Assembly (NCBI RefSeq): GCF_006345805.1
Contig: NC_042998.1
Location: 203,546,001 to 203,610,000, forward strand
Direction: 5' to 3'
DNA length: 64,000 nucleotides
Source: Octopus sinensis
Taxonomy: Eukaryota
The translations under genes were made by a program, and so were the position numbers. Shown piece by piece: positions 51,415 to 63,970 of the stretch. The first letter of the stretch is position 1; each line of letters begins with the position of its first letter. Below the pieces are notes generated by a model. That model was not told the DNA's origin. It ran no database searches and was given only the letters and a program-made list of their open reading frames with translations.

Positions 51415-51445
51415 TTGGCTGTGTGCCCAGTGAAAAAGAAATTGC

Positions 51446-51479
<34 letters not shown>

Positions 51480-52068
51480 ATATTTTTCTTGTTTTGTTTT
51501 GTTTCTAAACACTGTTGGAAGTTAATGTTTAGAGATTCCTACACCTTTAGGGTTCAGCATCGGAACTGGAATGCTGCTAGGTAGAAATATAAAAGAAAAG
51601 AATGAAAACAATTTGAAACAAAACAAAAGAAGAAAAAAAAGTACCCAAAGAAAAACTGCGAAAATGTTGGGTATTAAAGATGAATATATATAGAACTGGT
51701 GGTGTTGTTGTTTTGTAACTATGGTGCTGCCCCCCCTTCCCATTGCCCCGAATAACAAATATTTATTTCGTGTTTCTTAAATACATACATTGCACTGAGG
51801 AGGGTAATGGCTTGTAATCTGAAGAATTTCTGTGGGGAATACATCATCTGGGATAAATAATGGCGCTTTGTTCTTGGTTTTTTGGTTTTTGTTTACTTGT
51901 CCATTTTGTGAGTGTGTGTGTGTGTGTGAAGGAAAGAGTGAGAAATAGGGAGAGAGAAAGAGGAAGGGATAGGGAAAGAGAAATAGGGGAGAGAAAGATA
52001 GTGAGAGAAATAGGGAGTGAGAGAGAGAGAGAGAGTGAGGATGAAGGAAAGAGATAGTGAGAGAAATA

Positions 52069-52109
<41 letters not shown>

Positions 52110-52399
52110 AAGGAAAGAGATAGGGAAGACAGGGAGATAGAAGAAAGGTAGAAAGCGAAAGGTAGGAAGCCAGGTAAGTAGGTATTGAGGGAAATAGTTA
52201 GATATGATGGTAGATACTAACAAACAACCGAATGCAATGTTGTCCCCTTGGCCCCTTTCGGTCTTTAAATTCTCTCTCTGCCACTAAAAGACGCACAGAA
52301 GTTTGAAACCCGGACATTTTCGCTTTGCTTTACAAACCAATTGATTGTAATTCATATATTTACCTACAAACTTCTAAAGATTAATTTCAGCTGTAACGG

Positions 52400-53250
52400 G
52401 CCCCTACTACACAGTTTCTTGAATCCCTGCACTCCACACAGGAATAATCAAGGGGGTTGCAGTCTGAGGTGTTACAAGTGATGTGGTCGCAGAAATTATA
52501 TGACTGCCTTGACTGGGCTCTCCTGCTTGTGTGGCATGGTGCAGAGTCTTGTTGCCAGGTATAGTCTCCCAGCAGCCAACTTCTTGCCCCAGGGCAGCAC
52601 TACCTCCTCCAGGCACTTAATGTAGGCCTCCATGTTGAATGTGAGGTCATGTGGGGACAATGAATGGTGGCATAACGTTGCCATCACTAGTGATCACTCC
52701 AAACACCATGATGTTGATTGGATGTTTGATTTTTATCACTCTCAGTATATGTCTTGAGGCCCCTCTACAAGCACAGGCTAATCCACTCCTCACTGCCCAT
52801 CTCATGTGAGACGTTCAAGCTAAGAGGCAAAATGCTTGTGACCCAAAGGTATCTGTTGATAATACCTATTTCTTAATTACCCACAAGGGGCTAAACACAG
52901 AGGGGACAAACAAGGACAGACATAGGTATTAAGTCGATTACATCGACCCCAGTGCATAACTGGTACTTAATTTATCGACACCGAAAGGATGAACGGCAAA
53001 GTCGACCTCGGCAGAATTTGAACTCACAACGTAACGGAAGACGAAATACCGCTAAGCATTATCTGTTGATAATACTGAAGGGTGTCCAACATTTCTACAG
53101 TTTTAGTCACCATGGGAGAAAGAGCTTGCAATGTTGCTGATTAGCTCCTGCACTTTCTGCCTGGGGCAATGCATCTCTGGTGTTTAATTCAACTCAGATA
53201 TGTAATGTTCCCTGCAGAATTTGATGCAGACATGCCGTCCTTTAAATGTA
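52400..53250 (-). pseudogene. Decayed maT (DD37D)-like Tc1/mariner transposase, interrupted by SINE-B
   Basis: KHP..IMVFGVITSDG..EAYIKCLEEVVLPW..WQQDSAPCH..PDCNPLDY with frameshifts. Confidence 0.8.
52861..53059 (-). mobile_element. SINE-B, 5'-truncated, with a 16-bp TSD
   Basis: TATCTGTTGATAATAC at 52850-52865 and 53060-53075. Confidence 0.9.
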
Positions 53251-53440
53251 ATACCTATTTCTTTACTACCCACAAGGGGCTAAACACAGAGGGGACAAAC
53301 AAGGACAGACAAACGGATTAAGTCGATTATATCTACCCCAGTGCGTAACTGGTACTTATTTAATTGACCCCGAAAGGATGAAAGGCAAAGTCGACCTTGG
53401 CGGAATTTGAACTCAGAATGTAGCAGCAGACGAAATACCT
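53250..53440 (-). mobile_element. SINE-B, 5'-truncated
   Basis: Family match. Confidence 0.9.
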
Positions 53441-53669
53441 CTCCCCCTGATACCTTCTACTGTTTGGGAGCGGCACTTCTTCACACATTTCTCCTCATCC
53501 ATCCGCAGTACATGATCATAGTTGAAAATTATAGAAAAATGATGAAGCAGGTGTAGGAACAACAAGCATGTATATTAGTTTGATGTTGGGAAGAATGAAA
53601 ATGCCTTTCACTATTTGAGCCTATGCTCTTCAACAGAAAGGAATAAGAGAATATATATGTGGTAATTTC

Positions 53670-53925
53670 AGTGTGCTGGTGGTACGTTAAAAGCACCAAC
53701 CGATCGTGGCCGCTGCCAGACTCCCCCGGCACCTGTGCCAGAGGCATGTAAAAAGCACCCACTACACTCGCAGAGTGGTTGGCATTAGGAAGGGTATCCA
53801 GCTGTCGAAACACTGCCAGATCAGACTGGAGCCTGGTGCAGCCATCTGGCTTCCCAGACCCCGGTCGAACCGTCCAACCCATGCTAGCGCAGAAAACGGA
53901 CGTTAAACGATGATGATGATGATGA
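53670..53925 (+). mobile_element. SINE-C
   Basis: Family match. Confidence 0.9.
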
Positions 53926-54265
53926 TATATATATACAATGAAAGCTTATAATTTTATTTACAAAATTTTTACTCGTTGGTATTTCTTAATTAATGCAGAA
54001 TATGCACATGTTTTTACACACATGCACAGTGGGTCCAAGGAAGCACTTGGCTCTGAGTGCACTGCTTCTTATAGCAGAAACAGCTGTAAGCTAATGAAGT
54101 TTTTAATAGCATCTAAGATACATTTACATTTCCCTGAACATGTGCTGCTGAAATTAGGGTGCGTCTAATATGCCCATGTGTCTTTTATGCCATCAAACAG
54201 TAATATTTATATAAAGGTATAGATTGTTGAGTAAAATTTAGATATATTTAGATAAAGATATATAC

Positions 54266-54340
<75 letters not shown>

Positions 54341-54894
54341 GGCATTTATTTATTCATTCAAAGATGATGAGTCATTGCATCAGTTTTAGGTTTCTCAACT
54401 TTATGCGTTTGTTTAGGAAACACATACATTATACATGTGTGTGTGTATGGGGTGTGTTTGTGAGTGTTTTTGTCACAAAGATCAGTTTGTAGGAGTGTCA
54501 TGTAACAGTGCCTGTTTAGTGCTGTTGTAGCAAGTGAAGGCCTCTTTATTATTTTTATTACTAAAAGTTAATTATAACTATTATGACTAATTATTACTGA
54601 GAGTAAGGTGTTAATGAGGCTGGTAGAGCGCTGAGCTAAATCCATTCCAATAACACAAACCATTGCCTGTGTTATTGCAATGGCCTGTGTTTAGTGTTCT
54701 TGTGGCAACTCCAGAAACTTATTAAGGAGTGATCAAGACTTCCATTCCCTCTTCCGATGACTAATTACAAGGAGTGAACAGGGTTAAATACCTTACATTA
54801 ATACCAAATGGAGAATGAGCGAATATGGTAGCTTCCATGTGATCCTTTAACCTGTTAGAAATAGCAGCCAAATCTTCCTTTAATTACATTTAAT

Positions 54895-55385
54895 TATGAG
54901 TGTGATCATTGACAGAGCGCCTAACTGGCTTCCGTGCCATTGGCACATAAAAGGCACCGTTCGAGTGTCATCGTTACTAGCGGCGCCTTACTGGTACTTG
55001 TGCCCATGCTAGTAGGGTGCCAAGAGCACCATCCGAGTGTGATCATTGCCAGAGCAGCCAACTGGCTTCCATGCCGGTGGCACATAAAAGGGCACCATTT
55101 GAGCGTGATCGTTACCAACGTCGCCTTACTGGCACCTATGCTGGTGGCATGTGTAAAAAGATTTGAGCGAGGTCATTGCCAGTACCACCTGACTGGCCCC
55201 TGTACTGGTGGCACATAAAAAGCACCCACTACACTCTGAGTGGTTGGTGTTAGGAAGGGCATCCAGCTGTAGAAACATTGCCAGATCAAGATTGGAGCCT
55301 GGTGCAGCCTTATGGCTTCCCAGACCTCAATAATACCATCCAACCCATGCTAGCATGGAAAGCGGACGTTAAACGATGATGATGA
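54895..55385 (+). mobile_element. SINE-C with an expanded head
   Basis: About 5 sub-repeats, core and tail. Confidence 0.85.
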
Positions 55386-56110
55386 TTAATTGTGAGTGGT
55401 GAAGTCCTCACGAACATTGGCTGGATTGCCTTTCCTTGCTGGCAGAATTGTTAACACACTGGAGAAGATGTTTTGTGGCGTTTCATCTGGATTTTTGCTT
55501 TTCATCCTTTCGGGGTCAATAAAACAAGCACCTGTTGAGCACTAAGGGTCGATGTGATTGACTTACTGCCCCACCCCTGAAATTGCTGGCCTTGTACCAA
55601 AATTCGAAACCAATGGTAATTTTGGTTCTCTTCACTCTGAGTTCAAATACTGTCAAGGTAACCTTATTGACCATAAAAGAATGAAAGTCGAGGTACCGGC
55701 CTTGTTCTGGGGTCAGCTCTTCTACGTCCATCTCTTTCCTTCTCTCTCTCTCTCTCTTTCCCCTTCTCTTTCTTTCCCCGTCCCTCCCCACTCTCTCTTA
55801 CCCTCTCAGAAATTAACAATGATCAAACCTGGCAAGGGTATAAGGATACCCTTGCTATATCTAAAATACCCAAGATGTGCTGCAGCACTCTTATTAATCC
55901 ATCAAGGGTTGGGGGCCCACACCAAGCATGTAATAGGGTGGCCCATAAGTTTCTAGATCATTTCAGAATATAATAACCCTTTTATTTATCAAAAATTCAC
56001 TTTTATTCTTTCATAAACAACACACTTCTTGGAAAACCTTTCCAATTAATTCTGAAAACTACATCCTTCAAATGGACACCTTTTTGCTGTTGACAATTGA
56101 AAAAATTGCA

Positions 56111-56239
56111 TCATGGTTCCGAGTTCAGTCCCACTGCGTGGCATCTTGGGCAAGTGTCTTCTGCTATAGCCCCGGGCCGACCAATGCCTTGTGAGTGGAT
56201 TTGGTAGACGGAAACTGAAAGAAGCCTGTCGTATATATG

Positions 56240-56270
<31 letters not shown>

Positions 56271-56472
56271 TTGTGTGTCTGTGTTTGTCCCCCTAGCATT
56301 GCTTGACAACTGATGCTGGTGTGTTTAGGTCGCCGTCAATTAGCGGTTCGGCAAAAGAGACTGATAGAATAAGTACTGGGCTTACAAAGAATAAGTCCCG
56401 GGATCGAGTTGCTCGACTTAAAGGCGGTGCTCCAGCATGGTGGCAGTCAAATGACTGAAACAAGTAAAAGAG
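56111..56472 (+). mobile_element. SINE-A, 5'-truncated
   Basis: Family match. Confidence 0.9.
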
Positions 56473-56587
56473 TATACAATTCTATATTTAAGAGATGAGG
56501 GATTAGGTTCATTATTTACATTTGACAGATAAGGTATTTTTCCATGTTTACCTTAGGAATGTGAAAACAGGTTCAAAATTTCCCCAA

Positions 56588-56633
56588 GACACCTGATGAA
56601 GGCTGGAAGGTATATCAGCCGAAACTTTGTGTT
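56588..56633 (+). ncRNA. Minimal type I hammerhead ribozyme (family 1)
   Basis: GACAC-CTGATGA-a-GGCTG-loop-CAGCC-GAAAC-TTT-GTGTT; the triplet has mutated to UUU. Confidence 0.65.
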
Positions 56634-56790
56634 AACAACAAACAAGATGAGGACAAATATCCATCAAATGTAACTAATGTAAATAATTCCTCATCTCTTA
56701 AATATAGAACTGAATAATAATAATAATAATAATAATATTAACATTAAAAAATATCTTAGGAATGAGAACCTAAGTTCGAAATTTCCCCAA

Positions 56791-56836
56791 GACACCTGAT
56801 GAAGGCTGGAGGGTATATCAGCCGAAACATTGTGTC
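56791..56836 (+). ncRNA. Minimal type I hammerhead ribozyme (family 1)
   Basis: GACAC-CTGATGA-a-GGCTG-loop-CAGCC-GAAAC-ATT-GTGTC; stems I and II are perfect. Confidence 0.7.
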
Positions 56837-56947
56837 AACAACAAGATGAGGACAAATATCCATCAAATGTAAATAATGAAAAAATTGATTGTTAAAAAAG
56901 TTCCATTTTAAAATGGTCTAGTAACTTTTGAGCAACCCTGTGTATGT

Positions 56948-57168
56948 CAGTGGTTCCCAAACTTTTTCAGGCTGCTCCCTTGGTTCTAAGGCCACATTCC
57001 TAGTGTCCCCCTCCATCACTCACCATCAGAGACATAAACCATTTTCTGCCACAAATTCAAAACAATAGTATTTCACAAATTAAAACTTGACCTAATTAAC
57101 CTTTTATTTTGTTTGTTTCCACCGCTCCCAGGGGGTGGGGGTGGTACTGCCCACTTTGGGAACCACTG
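56948..57168. mobile_element. hAT (Charlie-type) MITE
   Basis: CAGTGGTTCCCAAA...TTTGGGAACCACTG TIRs; 8-bp TSD GTGTATGT/GTGTATAT. Confidence 0.9.
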
Positions 57169-57186
57169 GTGTATATGAAACAGATT

Positions 57187-57420
57187 CCTTATTTCTTTAT
57201 TGCCCACAAGGGGCTGCACACAGAAGGGACAAACAAGGACAGACAAATGGATTAAGTCGATTATATCGACCCCAGTGCGTAACTGGTACTTATTTAATCG
57301 ACCCCGAAAGGATGAAAGGCAGAGTCGACCTCGGTGGAATTTGAACTCAGAACGTAGTGGAAGTCGAAATGCCACTAGGCATTTTGCCCGCCGTGCTAAC
57401 ATTTCTGCCAGCTCGCCGCC
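57187..57420 (-). mobile_element. SINE-B
   Basis: Family match. Confidence 0.9.
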
Positions 57421-57602
57421 TGTTTCATTGTCGTTTAATGTGCATGTTCCTTACTGGCATTGGTCAGACAGTTTAATAGGGCCCCAAAAGCTGCAAAAAT
57501 GCATTGAGCACCAATATCAGCTTAGACATTTTGCTGTAATAACCATGTCATTCTTAATGTCACCCACTTTACATGGAGTCCTGGATGCTTTTTAGAGGAC
57601 AT

Positions 57603-57885
57603 TAAGCATCGCCTTACTGGCACTTGTGCCGGTGGCATGTGTAAAAAGTTTCGAGCGAGGTCATTGCCAGTACCGCCTGACTGGCCCCCGTGCCGGTGGC
57701 ATGTAAAAGCACCCACTACACTCTCGGAGTGGTTGGCATTAGGAAGGGCATCCAGCTGTAAAAACTCTGCCAGATCAAGATGGGAGCCTGGTGCAGCCAT
57801 CTGGTTTGCCAGTCCTCAGTCAAAATCGTCCAACCCATGCTTGCATGGAAAGCGGACGTTAAACGATGATGATGATGATGATGAT
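57603..57885 (+). mobile_element. SINE-C
   Basis: Family match. Confidence 0.9.
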
Positions 57886-58104
57886 TATTAACACCAGTGA
57901 GGTCCCTAGACAAAGAAGAAGTCCTCCCCCTCCTCAACTTAGTAGTATGAGTGCATCTCAGAGGCAGGGGTGAAGGTGGTTTTATGTCAGGTGTTGAATG
58001 AGTGAAATAATGTAGGAGACACTTGCCCATGGTGTGACACAGTAGGATTGAAACTAGAACCCCTTGGTTGTGAAACTAAACGTGCTAACCTCATAACAAA
58101 TATT

Positions 58105-58338
58105 TATCTATTTCTTTACTACCCACAAGGGGCTAAACACAGAGGGGACAAACAAGGACAGACAAATGGATTGTCAATTACATCGACACCAGTGCGTAAC
58201 TGGTACTTGATTTATCGACCCCGAAAGGATGAAAGACAAAGTCGACCTCAGCTGAATTTGAACTCAGAATGTAACGGCAGACGAAATAAGGCTACGTATT
58301 TCACCCGGCGTGCTAACGTTTCTGCCAGCTCGCCGCCT
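58105..58338 (-). mobile_element. SINE-B
   Basis: Family match. Confidence 0.9.
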
Positions 58339-58359
58339 TCTTGAGCAAATATTTACCAT

Positions 58360-58640
58360 TAATTCACTGGATTTAATTTGGATTAAATCGTTGGATTAAC
58401 TCATTGGACTTAATTTAATCTGTTGAAGCAGATTCTCTGTCAAAACTTTTGTTTGTTTTATGAAAAAAAGAGAAGAAAGGTAAATACAAGCACACACAAA
58501 AAAAAAAGAAATATGGAGGTTGCTATTAATTCTGCTTAGCTCAGCTGCTATTAGCTTCTGGAGAATTGCAAGCAAGCTCTTGGCCAATCAACAGAGTTCC
58601 ATGTTGTGAAAGCAGCCAATCAGAACACTTGTTAATGAGA
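58360..58640. promoter_or_regulatory. Possible cis-regulatory cluster (GGATTA/TAAT sites and paired CCAAT boxes)
   Basis: GGATTA at 58380 and 58393; CCAATC at 58584 and 58616 (32 bp apart), in unique sequence. Confidence 0.25.
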
Positions 58641-58759
58641 CACCAGCCATTCATCAGTTAGCACTGGGGAGAGATTTTAGCTGATATGGAACATAAGGCT
58701 GTAGTACAGCTGACTTAGAATCGGTTCTTAAATATATTCCCCCCCCCCGTACACATACA

Positions 58760-59140
58760 CACACACACACATATTCTATACACACACACACATACCGGCC
58801 CACCTGCAGGCATGCTCACAGAGATGTATACACAAGCAAAGATATTCACTCACATGTGTAGGACTTCAAACACGTGTATATTTATACATTCCACTCTGCA
58901 CACGCACACACACACACACATATATACACACATGCACATATGCTCTCACACACACACACACATATTCTATACACACACACACATACCGGCCCACCTGCAG
59001 GCATGCTCACAGAGATGTATACACAAGCAAAGATATTCACTCACATGTGTAGGACTTCAAACACGTGTATATTTATACATTCCACTCTGCACACGCACAC
59101 ACACACACACATATATACACACATGCACATATGCTCTCAC
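58760..59140. repeat. Perfect 191-bp tandem duplication bounded by (CA)n
   Basis: GAGATGTATACACAAG at 58821 and 59012. Confidence 0.9.
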
Positions 59141-59221
59141 ACACACACACACATTTATACACACATGCACATATGCTCTCACACACACACACACATTTAT
59201 ACACACATGCACATATGCTCT

Positions 59222-59255
<34 letters not shown>

Positions 59256-60159
59256 CACACACACATATACATATCCACATACATGCAAATTTTGCTAATT
59301 CTTATCTATAAATTCTTATTCTTTCAGCAACTCAATTTCTATATATGTGTTGTGGGTGTATAAGAATGTGTAAAGTACCGGTGAAATAGTGGAGCTGATA
59401 TAACTGATGCCCCCCACCCCACCCCACCGAAATTTCTGACTGCAAACATATGTTATAAACAATTTTTATTATTATGATAAAGATGATAATAATGATAATA
59501 ATCATTCATATTTCTGTGGGTCTTATAAAATTTGTTGAGGTAGATTTTCAACAGCCAGATGCTCTTCATGTCAGTAATCCTTACCTGTTTCCAAGCCATG
59601 TACTATATTTCCCTTAGTATTCAAATCGCAGAAGATTGCAAACAAACGACACTGCTTGTATGAGGGTGAGGTTTGTTTACAATTTTAATTGCGCTGCTTT
59701 CACATTAGAAGTGTTGGTGCTTGTGCCACATAAGAAGCACCGAGTACTCTCTGGGAAGTGACTGGTGTTAGGAAGGACATCCTGTTATAAAAACCCTGCC
59801 AAAACAGACAATGGATCTTGTGCAGACCCCGATCTTACCAGCTCCTGTCAGACCACCCAACCCATACCAGCATGGAAAATGATAAAGTGATGATGATGAT
59901 GCCCTTTGTCAAGACAAGGAGATACATACCCATGACAGGCTTCCTTTCAGTTTTCATCTGCCAAATTCACTCACATGGTGTTTTGGTCAAACCAGGACCG
60001 TAGAAGATACTTGCCTACCAATGCTGTGCAGTGGAACTGAACTTAAAACTATGTGGTTGCGAACTGAAATTAGCAGTGCTGGGGATCAATATAATCAATT
60101 GAAAATTGTGTGCGTGTGTGTGTGTGTACTGGAGAACCTCGTTTTTTTTTTGCTTTTTT

Positions 60160-60438
60160 TTTTTGAATGCCGCTCATCATCACAAACAAATCGGTTCAAG
60201 AACAATTTCTCAAACGTAAACCATCTTTGGTGACGGTGGTCTTGACTAATGAACATGCAAAGCTGGCCACCATGTTTGGTGGGGAGAGCATCAGTTGCTG
60301 TCCTTTTTTTTACTCAGTGCAGATCCCTGTGTCTCCTCATGAATTTCTCAGGGCAAAAATAATTGCTGTTTACAAACACTTCAGATGACAAACGGCCTTC
60401 AGGAATGAATTGAACTCATTAACTGAGGTTCCACTGTA
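60160..60438 (-). mobile_element. Tigger/pogo-like DNA transposon end
   Basis: Minus strand TA|CAGTGGAACCTCAGTTAATGAGT, a TIR-like start. Confidence 0.5.
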
Positions 60439-60449
60439 TACATACATAC

Positions 60450-61090
60450 TCATCATCATCATCATCGTTTAACGTCTGCTTCCCATGCTGGCATGGGTTG
60501 GACAGTTTGACTGAGGACTGGCGAACAAGATGGCTGCACCAGGCTCGATCTGTTCTGACAAAGTTTCTACAGCAGGATGCTCTTCCTAACGCCAACCACT
60601 CTGATAGTGTAGTGGGTGCTTTTACATGTCACTGGCATGAGGGCCAGGCAGGCGGTAATGGCAACGACCACACTCAAAAAGGTGTTTTTACATGCTACCT
60701 GCACAGGAGCCAGTTCGGTGGTACTGGCAATGACCACACTCAGATGTTGTTTTTCACATACCACCAGCACATGTGTCGGTAAGGCAACGCTGGTAATGAT
60801 CACGCTCAAATGGTGCTTTTCACAGGAGCCAATCCATGGCCCTGGCAATGATCATACACAGATGTGCTTTTAACATATCACTGGCATGAGTGCCAATCAG
60901 GTGGTACTGTCATTGGCCATGTCAGCGATTTTGATTTTTATTTCCCTTGCCTCAATAGATCTTTGTAAGCAAAGTTTATTGTCCAATGAATGAGGAGTAC
61001 TCATAAGTGGGCTGATTACACCCCACGTTTGGATGTGCTCTTAACGTTCCACTGGCACAAGTGCCAATCAGGCAGTACTGTCATCAGCCA
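60450..61090 (-). mobile_element. SINE-C long variant
   Basis: Family match. Confidence 0.85.
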
Positions 61091-61333
61091 CATCACTGGC
61101 TTCCGTGCCGGGGGCACGTAAAAAGCACCAACTGATCATGGCCGTTGCCAGCCTCCCCTGGCACGTAAAAAGCACCCACTACACTCACAGAGTGGTTGGC
61201 ATTAGGAAGGGCATCCAGCTGTAGAAACACTGCCAGGTCAGATTGGAGCCTGGTGCAGCCTCCTGGCTTCCTAGACCCCAATCGAGCTGTCCAACCCATG
61301 CTGGCATGGAAAATGGACGTTAAACGATGATGA
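61091..61333 (+). mobile_element. SINE-C, head-to-head with the previous copy
   Basis: Family match. Confidence 0.9.
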
Positions 61334-61955
61334 TGTATGTATATATCTATGCATGTGTAAATATGTGTGTATATTCCCTATCTTATTCTCACTCAAGCAC
61401 ACTTACCTACACATCCACCTTTTCTGTTTCTTCTTTCCTATTTCTCTATCTCACATTTGCCTTAAACCTTGACTTCAAGGCTCTCTCTCTCTTTCCACAT
61501 TATGCCCCACTAAGTTAAGAAGTTTTGCCTTACAGGTATTTACAGGTATTTGGTAACCTCACCAGTGCTGGTGCCACAATAAAAAGTACCTACAGCACAC
61601 TGTGGAGTGGTTGGCACCTGGAAGGGCATCCAGCTGTAGAATCCACATCAAAGCAGACATTGTGATGCAGTGTCGCCCTCTGGCTTGTCTGTTCCTGTCA
61701 AACCATCCAAGCCATTCCGGCATGGAAAAAAAAAGGACATGAAATGATGACGACGATGATGATGATGATATTCATAAACTATGCTTCTTTTCTCTCTCCT
61801 ACTTCTCCCCTCCCTCCCCGTGTCTACAATATTGTAACAGTTCTTTTTTCTCTTTAATGGGAGATATTTAACTTCATTTCTTTCTCTCTCTTTAATTTCC
61901 TTTGCCCTTCATTACTTCCTCCTCCTCCTCCTTATCATCATCATCATTATATTTT

Positions 61956-62345
61956 GGATTGGAAGCACTCCGTCGGTTACGACGACGAGGGTTCCAGTTG
62001 ATCCGAATCAACGGAACAGCCTGCTCGTGAAATTAACGTGTAAGTGGGTGAGCACTCCACAGACACGTGTACCCTTAACGTAGTTCTCGGGGATATTCAG
62101 CGTGACACAGAGAGTGACAAGGCCGGCCCTTTTGAAATACAGGTACAACAAAAACAGGAAGTAAGAGTGAGAGAAAGTTGTGGTGAAAGAGTACAGCAGG
62201 GATCACCACCACCCCCTGCCGAAGCCTCGTGGAGCTTTTAGGTGTTTTCGCTCAATAAACACTCACAATGCCCGGTCTGGGAATCGAAACCGCGATCCTA
62301 TGACCGCGAGTCCGCTACCCTAACCACTGGGCCATTGCGCCTCCA
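61956..62345 (-). mobile_element. SINE-D, complete tRNA-derived SINE
   Basis: Head GGAGGCGCAATGGCCCAGTGGTTAGGG...GGTTTCGATTCCCAGACC (A and B boxes), about 310-bp body ending TAACCGACGGAGTGCTTCCAA. Confidence 0.85.
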
Positions 62346-63004
62346 CCATTATATTTACCTGAAGTTCAGCAGTCAATAATTTTTCTTTGCAGCAACTTTG
62401 TGGTGTGTGTGTGTGTGTGTGCTAACTGCATGAACTGCCCAAAATGTTACATATTTTCACTCTTTCCTTGTAGCCTCATCAACATACCAATCTTTTAGAG
62501 AACACCACATGCATATATACATACATAGACACACATGCACATGTAAACATACACACACACACACCCATATTTATGAATCTAGAATGCAGTCAGCCCTCAC
62601 TCACGAGCAGTTAGGACCTGGCAGCATTACCGTGTTTCACTTATTAGTTTCAGTGGCCATGTTTTTGAGGGCAGACAGGGATCCCCTTCTTGGTCCTCTC
62701 ATCCTTGACCCAGGGGAAAATTAAGGATGTGGAGAAGGAAAGGGCTGCACTAGCAGTCATTCAGCTGAGTTAGCTGGAGTGATGTGGAGTGAAGTGCCTT
62801 GCTCAAGCACACAACACACAATCTAGGCCAGGAATTAAATGCACATTTTTGTGCTCCTGAGCCAAATACTGCAAATGCTAGGCCACATGCGTTCACTGTG
62901 CACGCTTGCCTAGGGCTATAATGATTCAAATGTTATATATTTCAACATGCAAACACACACATGTGGCCAAGTGTATATAAATGTATGTAGAGAGGAGTAA
63001 ACAA

Positions 63005-63170
63005 AGGTGCAGGAGTGGCTGTGTGGTAAGTAGCTTGCTTACCAACCACATGGTTCCGAGTTCAGTCCCACTGCGTGGCACCTTGGGCAAGTGTCTTCTA
63101 CCATAGCCTTGGGCCGACCAAAGCCTTGTGAGTGGATTTGGAAGACGGAAACTGAAAGAAGCCCATCATG
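63005..63170 (+). mobile_element. SINE-A 5' half
   Basis: Family match. Confidence 0.9.
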
Positions 63171-63187
63171 TGTATGTGTATATTTAT

Positions 63188-63575
63188 TCTTTTATTAGTT
63201 TCAGTTATTTGACTGTGGTCATGCTGGAGCACCGTTTTTAGTTAAATATATTGACCCCAGGACTTATTCTTTGTAAGCCAAGTACTTATTCTGTCAGTCT
63301 TTTTGCCAAACTGCTAAGTTATGGGATGTAAACACACCAACATCAGTTGTGAAGTGATGGTGGGGGGAAAAACGCAGACATACAAACACACACACACACA
63401 CACACACACATATTCATACGACAGACTTCTTTCAGTTTCCGTCTACCAAATCCACTCATGAGGCTTTGGTCAGCCTGAGGCTATAGTAGAAAACACTCAG
63501 TGAGACATGGTACCACTCAGTGAGACTGAACCTGGAACCATGGGGTTTGGAAGTGAGCTTCTTACCACACAGCCA
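63188..63575 (-). mobile_element. SINE-A, inverted relative to 63005-63170
   Basis: Family match. Confidence 0.85.
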
Positions 63576-63579
63576 CATA

Positions 63580-63970
63580 TATCATCATCATCATTGTCGT
63601 TTAACATCTGCTTTCCATGCTGGCATGGGTTGGACTGTTTGACTGAGGGCTGGAAAACCAGGAGGTTGCACTAGGCTCCAGTCTGATCTGGCAGAGTTTC
63701 TACTGCTGGATGCCCTTCCTAACGCCAACCATTCTGAGAGTGGTTAATATAAACCCCATGGCAGTGTATTTCTGCACATCATCATCATTCGATGTCTATT
63801 TTCTATGCTGGCATGGGTTGGATGGTTTGACAGGGGCTGTCCAAACTCCAACTGTCTGTTGTGACATGGTTTCTACAGTTGGATGCCCTTCCTAATTGGA
63901 TATTGCCAGACCCCAGTCGAACTGTCCAACCCATGCTGGCATGGAAAACGGACGTTAAACGATGATTATG
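63580..63970. mobile_element. Three SINE-C tail fragments (two minus, one plus)
   Basis: Tail motifs. Confidence 0.8.

Larger units (their letters stand above)
56478..56878 (+). mobile_element. HHR element family 1: inverted 5' fragments plus two tandem monomers
   Basis: Hammerheads at 56588-56633 and 56791-56836 (period 203); 56478-56549 are inverted monomer pieces. Confidence 0.85.

Noticed and set aside
60167-60388. 73-aa ORF
   Set aside because: It overlaps a Tigger-like transposon end and has no recognisable domain.
62275-62345. tRNA gene
   Set aside because: It has A and B boxes but runs into a 310-bp SINE body, with a related head at 10421; it is a SINE head.
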